Assembly (NCBI RefSeq): GCF_900187275.1
Contig: NZ_LT906458.1
Span: 2,220,001-2,252,000, forward strand
Reading direction: 5' to 3'
DNA from: Pasteurella multocida
GTDB taxonomy: Bacteria; Pseudomonadota; Gammaproteobacteria; Enterobacterales; Pasteurellaceae
DNA: 32,000 nt
Below, piece by piece: positions 24,617 through 32,000 of this stretch. The translations under genes were made by a program, and so were the position numbers. Position 1 is the stretch's first letter. Each line of letters opens with the position of its first letter. The notes beneath the pieces were generated by a model, which worked only from the letters and a program-made list of their open reading frames with translations, did no database searches and was not told where the DNA came from.

Positions 24617-24653
24617 AAATGGGTTAATCCAAATTTTATGGATTAACCCATTT
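24617..24653. terminator. Bidirectional terminator between convergent genes
   Basis: AAATGGGTTAATCCA / TGGATTAACCCATTT, 15-bp perfect arms. Confidence 0.85.
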
Positions 24654-24680
24654 TTATTATAAGCTATCGATAAATCCTTG

Positions 24681-25151
24681 CTAGGCGATCCGACTAATCA
24701 AAAAACCAATGATAAAACTGACAACGACAGTAAATAAGGCACTTAATACCAGTGCACGAGTAGCGGTCTTAGTAAAAAAGTGAGGTTTAAATAATGCAGG
24801 ATAAACTCCAGCCAGTGCAGCACCAATAAGCCAGAAAAAATAAATCACCCATATTGCGGCAGCGCCTTTAGGATCATCCATAGTACTGCTTGTTATCGCG
24901 AAGAAAAGAAACAATCCAAACGCAGATAGGGCGCTTCCTGTTACCGCGGCAGGACGGACAAAAAGATAGGGGAACCAAGCGCAAACGAAAGGCAAGCTAA
25001 GAGAGAGAAGATTGGATAGCGCAAAGTACATTAAGTCAGCAGAAGACAAATTGAGTGGCTTATTTAAAAAATAGCTACTGAGAAAAGCATAAGTCATGAT
25101 GATGATTGTACTCAGTACAACACTGATTTGGGCAAGCCGTTTTTCAGTCAT
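24681..25151 (-). CDS. Uncharacterised integral membrane protein (4-5 TM)
   Basis: Intact hydrophobic 156-aa ORF on its own strand, no overlapping better candidate. Confidence 0.75.
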   Translation of the reverse strand: MTEKRLAQISVVLSTIIIMTYAFLSSYFLNKPLNLSSADLMYFALSNLLSLSLPFVCAWFPYLFVRPAAVTGSALSAFGLFLFFAITSSTMDDPKGAAAIWVIYFFWLIGAALAGVYPALFKPHFFTKTATRALVLSALFTVVVSFIIGFLISRIA

Positions 25152-25281
25152 TTTTTATTTACCTTATTGATGAGCAGAAGATAATCGTTAGATATCCTAA
25201 TAGGAAGATAAAAAATGCACAAGTTTTTATGAAAGATGTCCTAGATAAGTACACAAATGAGAGGAATTCTAATAGAGAGAA

Positions 25282-25312
25282 AAAAGTGCGGTAAATTTTA
25301 CCGCACTTTTTT
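25282..25312 (-). terminator. tonB-operon terminator made of inverted uptake signals
   Basis: AAAAAAGTGCGGTAAA-T-TTTACCGCACTTTTTT. Confidence 0.8.
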
Positions 25313-26081
25313 AATTTGTGATTCTGAAACTGACAGGAACGCTCACTTCATTTGGCATACCAACAGGCAGTGGACCAATTGGACGGGCATTATTGACAGC
25401 TACCAGTGCAGCGTTATCTAATTCTTCTGAGCCGGAAGATTTGCTGATTCGCGCATTACTAATTACGCCGGCATTATTAAGATGGAACGTGATTGTTACC
25501 ACACCTTGTTTGCGCATCATGCGTGCACGGTTTGGATAGCGTTTATGTTTTTCAATTTCTCTGCGTAAAGCCGAGCGATAAGCATTGACTTCATCTGTGC
25601 TATTACCTTTACCGACCAGATTCGGATTATTGGTTGTGATGTTGCCTGTTGTGGTCGCTTGTTGATTGATCGATGAATTAGAATCAATTTGGCGATCTGA
25701 CTTTGGTAAATCACGTTGTTCTTTCTTCGGTTTTTTCGGCTTTTCTTTTGGTTTTTCTTTCGGTTTCTCTTTTGGCTTTTCAGGCTCTTTTGGTTTTTCG
25801 GGTTCTTTTGGTGGCTCAGGTTTTACCGTCGGATCTGCGACTACTTCTTTTGGCAGTTCAGGTTCTACTACCGGAGGCGCCGGCTCTGGTTCCGGCTCTG
25901 GTTCTTCTAAAACGGTAGCCGCCAGCATTTCCATGGAAATATGAGTTGAGATGATATCGGCAGCAAATCCATTCGCGCTGTCATCGTCTTTTTGTACAAT
26001 CCAATACAGGAAAGAGACAAAACTTGCGTGAAAAAGCAATGAAATTGCAAACCCGATGCAAGAACGACTTTTATCTATCAT
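25311..26081 (-). CDS. tonB: Energy transducer TonB
   Basis: N-terminal TM, Pro/Glu/Lys-rich spacer, C-terminal [45 protein letters not shown]. Confidence 0.93.
   Translation of the reverse strand: MIDKSRSCIGFAISLLFHASFVSFLYWIVQKDDDSANGFAADIISTHISMEMLAATVLEEPEPEPEPAPPVVEPELPKEVVADPTVKPEPPKEPEKPKEPEKPKEKPKEKPKEKPKKPKKEQRDLPKSDRQIDSNSSINQQATTTGNITTNNPNLVGKGNSTDEVNAYRSALRREIEKHKRYPNRARMMRKQGVVTITFHLNNAGVISNARISKSSGSEELDNAALVAVNNARPIGPLPVGMPNEVSVPVSFRITN
25700..25920 (-). repeat. Low-complexity Pro/Glu/Lys-coding region of tonB
   Basis: [18 protein letters not shown]...[34 protein letters not shown]. Confidence 0.8.
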
Positions 26082-26467
26082 TGAGATGCCTTTTCTTTAA
26101 CCGTCACGATAGCGACATTTTTAATTTCATTTTTAGCCATAATATCAGTGATAGAAACGAAATCTTGGAAACTGGATTTTGCATCTACCTTCAAGGTGAC
26201 TTTTTGATCTTTTTCCCAATTACTGATTTCTTGTTCCAATGCCTCTATCGTAATCGGTTTATCGTGATAAAAAATTTCACCGCTTTCCGTAATAGTCAGC
26301 AATTTGGCTAAATCATCTGAACGAAACGCAACTGTTGAACTTGCTTTTGGTACATTCACTTGGATTTTACCTTGTGAAATAAAAGAGGCTGTAATCAGAA
26401 CGATAGCCAATAGTACCAACATGATGTCAATAAAAGGGATAATGTTGATTTCATCAAACTTTTTCAT
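26078..26467 (-). CDS. exbD: Biopolymer transport protein ExbD
   Basis: [35 protein letters not shown]. Confidence 0.95.
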   Translation of the reverse strand: MKKFDEINIIPFIDIMLVLLAIVLITASFISQGKIQVNVPKASSTVAFRSDDLAKLLTITESGEIFYHDKPITIEALEQEISNWEKDQKVTLKVDAKSSFQDFVSITDIMAKNEIKNVAIVTVKEKASQ

Positions 26468-26476
26468 GACGGCTCC

Positions 26477-26935
26477 CTATGCTTGTTGTTTGGCTTTTTT
26501 CTCATTTAAGGCAAACCATTTCAAACGATTAACTTCGACTTTACGTCCTAAACCGTTGTAACACACCATTGCAGGAATGGCGACTAAAATACCTACTGCT
26601 GTGGCTTTTAAGGCTAATGATAAGTGCACCATAATGGCCGCCGCATCAATATCGCCACCGGAGTGACCTAATTCATAGAAAGTTAAGAGAATACCAATGA
26701 CGGTACCAAGCAAACCTACATAAGGTGCATTAGAACCGATTGTAGAGATAGCTGTGAGGTGGCGTTGTAAGTCAATGTCTAATTCATGTATGCTTTCATA
26801 AGATGCCACGTTGACGCGACTTAAGAAAAGAAAGCGTTCAATCACAAGCCAAACCATAATAAAGCTCATGAAGGCAAGTAAGCCTAGAATAATGTAATCA
26901 ATATATTGTTGTAAGAATTGGAATAATTGTGGCAT
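26477..26935 (-). CDS. exbB: Biopolymer transport protein ExbB
   Basis: MotA/TolQ/ExbB-type [22 protein letters not shown]...[26 protein letters not shown]. Confidence 0.93.
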   Translation of the reverse strand: MPQLFQFLQQYIDYIILGLLAFMSFIMVWLVIERFLFLSRVNVASYESIHELDIDLQRHLTAISTIGSNAPYVGLLGTVIGILLTFYELGHSGGDIDAAAIMVHLSLALKATAVGILVAIPAMVCYNGLGRKVEVNRLKWFALNEKKAKQQA

Positions 26936-26976
26936 TTTAATAATCCTTTAATTTGTATCGCAAAATAAGGTTGAAC

Positions 26977-27004
26977 ATTATACGGTATTGAGAATTAATT
27001 TCAA
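26977..27004 (-). promoter_or_regulatory. exbB-exbD-tonB promoter with overlapping Fur-like box
   Basis: TTGAAA (27004-26999) N16 TATAAT (26982-26977); TGAAATTAATTCTCA (27003-26989) matches TGATAATNATTATCA at 11 of 14 specified positions. Confidence 0.65.
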
Positions 27005-27127
27005 TTGCAAGATTCTAGCAAAAGCCAAAAACGGGGTAAATAAGAAATTCGTGCGATTTAGGATGATTATTTATCCAATGTTGAATAAATGTTGTGTTGG
27101 ATCAAACATTCATGTACGGAATAAAAA

Positions 27128-27150
27128 AGCGATGTCTTGATGACATCGCT
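27128..27150 (-). terminator. Rho-independent terminator after the CNNM-family gene
   Basis: AGCGATGTC-ATCAA-GACATCGCT-TTTTT on the minus strand. Confidence 0.85.
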
Positions 27151-27165
27151 TAGCCAGATGTTGAA

Positions 27166-28425
27166 TTAAAGTTTAATGACTTTGGCTTGTTTAATCATGT
27201 TGTCATTCACTTCTAGAATCGTGATTTGTAGCCCATTAATTTCACATACCGTTCCTTCTTCTGGAATTTCTTCTAAATGCTCTAAAATTAAGCCGTTGAA
27301 GGTACGTGCATCTTCGGTATCGAGATTCCAGTCAAATAATTTATTCAAATCACGTAAATTGGCGGATCCCTCAATGATAAGCGAACCGTCTGATTGTGGG
27401 ATAACTTCATCGTTAATTGATGGGGCTGTTGAAGTGGTAAATTCACCGACAATCTCTTCTAAGATATCTTCTAAGGTGACTAAGCCTTTAATATCACCAT
27501 ATTCATCTACAACTAAACCAATCCTTTCTTTATTGTTGCGGAAATTTAATAATTGGCTATTCAGTGGCGTACCTTCAGGAATAAAATACACTTCATCGGC
27601 GGCACGGATTAAAGTTTCTTTGTTAAATTCATTTTTATCGAGCATTAAGCGATAGGCTTCACGTACACGTAACATCCCCAAAATATTTTCATCCATATTT
27701 CCTTTATACAGTACAACACGCCCGTGCGCTGCATGGTTAAGTTGACGCATAATGGCTTTCCAATCATCGTCAATATCAATACCCCCAATGTCATTACGTG
27801 GCACCATAATGTCATCTACGGTGACCCCTTCTAAATCCAAAATAGATAACAGCATTTCTTGGTGGGCGGAAGGAATAAATTTACCTGATTCATTTACGAT
27901 GGAACGTAATTCCTCTGGGCTTAATGAGGTTGATTTATTATCTGATTTTAGACGTAATAGTGCCAAAATCCCCTGAATAATTAAATTCATTAAATAGACC
28001 AGCGGGGTAAAAAGTCGCAGAAAAACGGACAACAAATGACTGGACGTGAATGCCACTTTTTCTGGATAACGGGCGGCGATAGTTTTCGGCAAAATTTCGG
28101 CAAAAATAAGCATCACAAAGGTTAATGCCCCAGTTGCAATGGCGACTCCCGCATCGCCATATAAGCGCATGCCGATAATCGTGGTAATGGCAGAAGCAGT
28201 AATATTGACTAAGTTATTACAAATTAAAATCAGGCTAAGCAAAACATCTGTTTTTTTCAGTAATTTTTCCGCTTTTTTCGCACCTCTATGCCCTTTTTCG
28301 GCTAAATGGCGTAGTCGATAACGATTGGCAGACAACAAACCGGTTTCAGAGCCTGAAAAATAAGCAGAGATGATCAATAAGATGATGAGTGTAATAAAGA
28401 GGGTACTAAGGGGAATACTGTCCAA
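27166..28425 (-). CDS. CNNM/CorC-type membrane protein (DUF21 + CBS + CorC_HlyC domains)
   Basis: LIILLIISAYFSGSETGLLSANRYRLRHLAEKGHRGAKKAEKLL; VDDIMVPRNDIGGIDIDDDW; VVDEYGDIKGLVTLEDILEEIVGEF. Confidence 0.92.
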   Translation of the reverse strand: MDSIPLSTLFITLIILLIISAYFSGSETGLLSANRYRLRHLAEKGHRGAKKAEKLLKKTDVLLSLILICNNLVNITASAITTIIGMRLYGDAGVAIATGALTFVMLIFAEILPKTIAARYPEKVAFTSSHLLSVFLRLFTPLVYLMNLIIQGILALLRLKSDNKSTSLSPEELRSIVNESGKFIPSAHQEMLLSILDLEGVTVDDIMVPRNDIGGIDIDDDWKAIMRQLNHAAHGRVVLYKGNMDENILGMLRVREAYRLMLDKNEFNKETLIRAADEVYFIPEGTPLNSQLLNFRNNKERIGLVVDEYGDIKGLVTLEDILEEIVGEFTTSTAPSINDEVIPQSDGSLIIEGSANLRDLNKLFDWNLDTEDARTFNGLILEHLEEIPEEGTVCEINGLQITILEVNDNMIKQAKVIKL

Positions 28426-28457
28426 AATGCATCCTTTTGCGAGTTAATCAAAAATCG

Positions 28458-28497
28458 AAAAGTGCGGTCATTTTTTCGTTTTTTGAACCGCACTTTT
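28458..28497 (-). terminator. Terminator of inverted uptake signals after the CcsA/YpjD-like gene
   Basis: AAGTGCGGT (28460-28468) and ACCGCACTT (28487-28495). Confidence 0.65.
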
Positions 28498-28525
28498 ACT
28501 ATGGCGTAGCATAAATAAATCTTGT

Positions 28526-29329
28526 TTATATTTCAAGCATTACACGACTACCAAAATAGGCGATAGTCAGGAGAATGATACCTAAAAGCGCATAATACAC
28601 CACTTTTTTTCCACGCCAATGGAGCTTCCAATGACCAACCAGTGCACTCCCAAAGACTATCCAAGCCAAGAAAGAAAAAACAGCTTTCTGGATGTCTTGT
28701 GGGGCAAAGGTTTTCGATAAATGGTAGCTCCCTGAAATGAGGACAATCGTGAGTAATATTTCACCTATCAGCATTAAACGAAAAAAATGGCGCTCTACGG
28801 TCATTAACGGTGGAATCATTGGTGAAAAAGGCAGTTTTTTATTTTTTAAGGCGCGATCGATCCAAACTAACTGAATGGAATATAACGCGACAATCGAACA
28901 GACCGAATAAGTCAACAGTGATAAGCCTACATGAATAAATAAGCCCATATCTTGATTAAGATGATATAAAAAATGCGCCGGCATTAAGGTACTGAGGACC
29001 AGATTAATGATGGCGAAAGAATAAATAATCGGTAATAAAAACCATAAAGTGTGTATGCGAAATAAAAACGCTAATGTGGCGATCGTTGCTGTCATAACAC
29101 TGATTAAGGAACTGATTTCGATAACCGAGAAATTTTGACCGCTGGTTAAATCGGTAAAAAGAGGAATAAGATTGATAAAGTGCAGAAGAATGGCGAGTAA
29201 TGCTGCCGTTAAAAAAGGCATCCTATTGGGAACCGATGCGGGTTCGCCCGCTTGAATTTTTAACAACATAGGGGTAATGAGTAAGACACTCAATAGATAA
29301 AAAAACACGGAAAAAATTGAAAGCCACAT
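28526..29329 (-). CDS. Cytochrome c biogenesis CcsA/YpjD-like inner membrane protein
   Basis: 8-TM profile, LSLLTYSVCSIVALYSIQLVWIDRALKNK, FSFLAWIVFGSALVGHWKLHWRGKKVVYY; divergent from ffh. Confidence 0.82.
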   Translation of the reverse strand: MWLSIFSVFFYLLSVLLITPMLLKIQAGEPASVPNRMPFLTAALLAILLHFINLIPLFTDLTSGQNFSVIEISSLISVMTATIATLAFLFRIHTLWFLLPIIYSFAIINLVLSTLMPAHFLYHLNQDMGLFIHVGLSLLTYSVCSIVALYSIQLVWIDRALKNKKLPFSPMIPPLMTVERHFFRLMLIGEILLTIVLISGSYHLSKTFAPQDIQKAVFSFLAWIVFGSALVGHWKLHWRGKKVVYYALLGIILLTIAYFGSRVMLEI

Positions 29330-29468
29330 TGAAATTCCCTCACCTTTGTTCTCCGTCCATTCTAACTTTCTCACTGTGAAATCGCTATAAATTTATTACA
29401 AAGGATGAAAATCTATGGGATTTCAGTATAATTAGGGCAATTTTTTCGAGATTAAATAGGAAGATTGC

Positions 29469-30845
29469 ATGTTTGAGAATTTGTCGGATCGCTTGTCAAA
29501 AACGCTACGTAACATTAGTGGACGTGGACGTTTAACTGATGACAATATTAAGGAAACGCTACGTGAAGTCCGCATGGCATTATTAGAAGCGGATGTGGCG
29601 TTACCAGTGGTACGTGACTTTATTAATAAAGTGAAAGAACGCGCAATTGGGGTGGAAGTCAATAAAAGCCTCACACCAGGTCAAGAATTCGTTAAGATCG
29701 TGCAAGCGGAACTTGAAGCAGCAATGGGAGAGGCGAATGAAAGTTTACATCTTTCGACCCAACCACCTGCAGTGATTTTAATGGCGGGTTTACAAGGGGC
29801 GGGTAAAACCACCAGTGTGGGGAAACTGGCAAAATTTTTAAAAGAGCGGCATAAGAAAAAAGTGTTAGTGGTGTCTGCTGACGTATATCGCCCTGCTGCG
29901 ATCAAGCAATTAGAAACGCTTGCACAAGCCGTCGGTGCCGATTTCTTTCCTTCCGATGTCTCACAAAACCCAGTGCAAATTGCCCAAGCGGCATTAAGTG
30001 AAGCAAAATTAAAATTCTACGATGTGTTAATTGTGGATACCGCAGGTCGCCTACACGTCGACGGCGAAATGATGGACGAAATTAAGCAAATTCATGCCGC
30101 ACTTAACCCAATTGAAACACTCTTTACTGTGGATGCGATGACGGGGCAAGATGCTGCAAATACGGCAAAAGCCTTTAATGAAGCGTTGCCTTTAACAGGG
30201 GTGGTATTAACGAAAGTAGATGGTGACGCGCGTGGAGGTGCTGCCTTATCAATTCGTCAGATTACTGGTAAACCGATTAAATTCTTAGGGGTAGGCGAAA
30301 AAACCGATGCACTAGAACCCTTCCATCCAGAACGTGTGGCATCACGTATCTTAGGCATGGGTGATGTGCTGTCGTTAATTGAAGATCTTGAACGTTCTGT
30401 GGATCGTGAAAAAGCGGAGAAAATGGCGCAGAAGTTCAAAAAAGGTGATAATTTTACCCTTGAGGATTTCCGTGAGCAGCTTATCCAAATGAAAAACATG
30501 GGTGGGATGATGTCGATGTTAGATAAATTGCCTGGTGCCAAAAATCTACCGGATCACATCAAGAATAAAGTAGATGACAAAATGTTCAGTAAAATGGAAG
30601 CCATGATTAATTCCATGACGTTGAAAGAGCGTGCAAATCCAGAAATTATCAAAGGTTCTCGCCGTCGTCGTATTGCAATGGGTTCAGGTACGCAAGTGCA
30701 AGATGTGAATAAATTACTCAAACAGTTCGATGAAATGCAACGTATGATGAAAAAAATGCGCAAAGGTGGCATGGCAAAAATGATGCGCGGCATGCAAGGC
30801 ATGATGGGCGGACTCGGCGGTTTAGGCGGGATGTTTAGACGCTAA
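29469..30845 (+). CDS. ffh: Signal recognition particle protein
   Basis: GLQGAGKTTSVGKLAKFL, DTAGRL, TKVDGDARGG, Met-rich C-terminal M domain. Confidence 0.97.
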   Translation: MFENLSDRLSKTLRNISGRGRLTDDNIKETLREVRMALLEADVALPVVRDFINKVKERAIGVEVNKSLTPGQEFVKIVQAELEAAMGEANESLHLSTQPPAVILMAGLQGAGKTTSVGKLAKFLKERHKKKVLVVSADVYRPAAIKQLETLAQAVGADFFPSDVSQNPVQIAQAALSEAKLKFYDVLIVDTAGRLHVDGEMMDEIKQIHAALNPIETLFTVDAMTGQDAANTAKAFNEALPLTGVVLTKVDGDARGGAALSIRQITGKPIKFLGVGEKTDALEPFHPERVASRILGMGDVLSLIEDLERSVDREKAEKMAQKFKKGDNFTLEDFREQLIQMKNMGGMMSMLDKLPGAKNLPDHIKNKVDDKMFSKMEAMINSMTLKERANPEIIKGSRRRRIAMGSGTQVQDVNKLLKQFDEMQRMMKKMRKGGMAKMMRGMQGMMGGLGGLGGMFRR

Positions 30846-30858
30846 TGTAAAAGTATAG

Positions 30859-30888
30859 AAAAAGGGAAAATGTGTATTTTCCCTTTTT
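30859..30888 (+). terminator. Rho-independent terminator after ffh
   Basis: AAAAAGGGAAAAT-GTGT-ATTTTCCCTTTTT, 13-bp arms. Confidence 0.85.
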
Positions 30889-30932
30889 ATCAGAAACCCG
30901 CGGTTTCATGGGCGGGCATGAGAGGAATACTA

Positions 30933-30969
30933 AAGTGCGGTCAAAATTTAGATTTTTTTGACCGCACTT
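30933..30969 (-). terminator. Terminator of inverted uptake signals after plsB
   Basis: AAGTGCGGTCAAAA / TTTTGACCGCACTT. Confidence 0.75.
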
Positions 30970-30995
30970 ATTTTTTATCAGATAGGTATCACAGA

Positions 30996-32000
30996 TTATT
31001 CTTCTTCAATTTTGGCAATCGCCCCTTTAATCGTTAAGCAAACTTCAGTGGAGATCACTTGATTTAAGATCTCTGTGATTTCATTGAGTTTTTCTGTATT
31101 GGCAATACCTTCTTCATTGAAATAGCCTTCTTGTTTTAAGCTCGCGATAAAGGCAGAAAATACGGCTTTATCAAAAAACTCCGGCGCGTTGATGCCATGT
31201 AACACAGATAGACGTTGTGCCACAGATTGACTGTCTTTTTCTAGGCTTGCACGTGGTGTGGCAGGATCTTTTTCTAAAATACTGACGGTGATGTAATAGC
31301 GCTGTAAAATCTCTCTGACACCGGATGACCAGAGTTGTAACATGCGAACACGCGGTTTATTAATTGATAACATATTCGCGTTACATTTAATCACTTCTTG
31401 ACGTTCAAATTCAGTAATAATGTGATTCACTCGATCTTGTAATTCTTCATAAGAGAAAGACAGGAAAAGTTCACTTTTTAAGAACGGATAAATCTTACTT
31501 ACCGCTTCGAGTACCAGTGGTTTTTGAATGGCTTCATAATGCAGCACAATACTGGCGACCAATGACGGTAGTACAAACAGATGCTGAATGTTATTTCGAT
31601 AATAGGTCATTAACACCGCAGAATTTCGTTCTAAGCGAACAATTTCACCAAAGTTATCTTTTTCAACAATAATGCCTACTCGTTCTAATTGCAGAATATG
31701 TTCTAACATTTTTTCTGGTGATTCTGTTGGCACCACAATATCTTGTGAATAAGGCACATTTTGTAAGAATTGTTGATAACTTTCTAACTGTTCAAGCAAT
31801 TGCTCACGCGAAAGAGCACGTTGACGTGAAGAAAGTAACGCAGTACCTGTCAAGTTCATCGCATTGACAGCAGCCGCTTTATTAATATTCACCATTACTT
31901 GATGAGATATGCTATCAACGGCTTGATTAAACCACTTCGCACGCTCCTCTGCTTGGGTATTTTCTTTCCACTCGGGATAGTGTTGATTGAGGTAGTTACT
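30996..32000 (-). CDS. plsB: Glycerol-3-phosphate acyltransferase, C-terminal part (5' end beyond window)
   Basis: Frame stays open to the window edge ([68 protein letters not shown]...), typical PlsB C-terminus. Confidence 0.85.
   Translation of the reverse strand, partial: SNYLNQHYPEWKENTQAEERAKWFNQAVDSISHQVMVNINKAAAVNAMNLTGTALLSSRQRALSREQLLEQLESYQQFLQNVPYSQDIVVPTESPEKMLEHILQLERVGIIVEKDNFGEIVRLERNSAVLMTYYRNNIQHLFVLPSLVASIVLHYEAIQKPLVLEAVSKIYPFLKSELFLSFSYEELQDRVNHIITEFERQEVIKCNANMLSINKPRVRMLQLWSSGVREILQRYYITVSILEKDPATPRASLEKDSQSVAQRLSVLHGINAPEFFDKAVFSAFIASLKQEGYFNEEGIANTEKLNEITEILNQVISTEVCLTIKGAIAKIEEE

Noticed and set aside
25700-25920. Possible CRISPR or tandem-repeat array
   Set aside because: Short irregular repeats encode the TonB spacer; no conserved direct repeat with unique spacers.
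25517-25944. Phe-rich ORFs (25666-25944, 25703-25918, 25716-25910) and 25517-25714(-)
   Set aside because: Artifacts of the low-complexity Pro/Lys/Glu-coding region of tonB read in other frames.
29681-30802. Minus-strand ORFs 29681-29905, 30257-30541 and 30554-30802
   Set aside because: Antisense to ffh, which is unambiguous on the plus strand.

Overview
This 32 kb window looks like Pasteurellaceae chromosome, most likely Pasteurella multocida-like. The evidence is 19 exact copies of the 9-bp core uptake signal AAGTGCGGT/ACCGCACTT found by eye, plus the gene content. Most of it is core housekeeping: leuS (partial), a MerP/MerT-like pair, a transglutaminase-like protein, apaH, rsmA, a SurA-like PPIase, pyrR, the full his operon, a methyltransferase, a UshA-type 5'-nucleotidase, a TyrP-type permease, ppa, an M48 lipoprotein, tonB-exbD-exbB, a CNNM/CorC-type protein, a CcsA/YpjD-type protein, ffh and plsB (partial). 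The most unusual region is the his operon (about 8.19-19.19 kb, minus strand). It has an unannotated 13-aa His-rich leader peptide with a three-hairpin attenuator. It also carries several non-his genes between his genes: a small helix-hairpin-helix-like ORF, a CatB/xenobiotic-type acyltransferase, a RhuM-Fic fusion preceded by a perfect 9-bp-arm palindrome, an AT-rich 368-aa protein with Cys/His motifs (possible zinc-binding, nuclease-like) joined to hisH by an ATGA overlap, and an AT-rich 125-aa putative DNA-binding protein between hisF and hisIE. A Fur-like box lies within a good sigma70 promoter upstream of exbB. Several inverted uptake-signal pairs form terminators. I saw no rRNA, tRNA, CRISPR array, transposase or prophage module.
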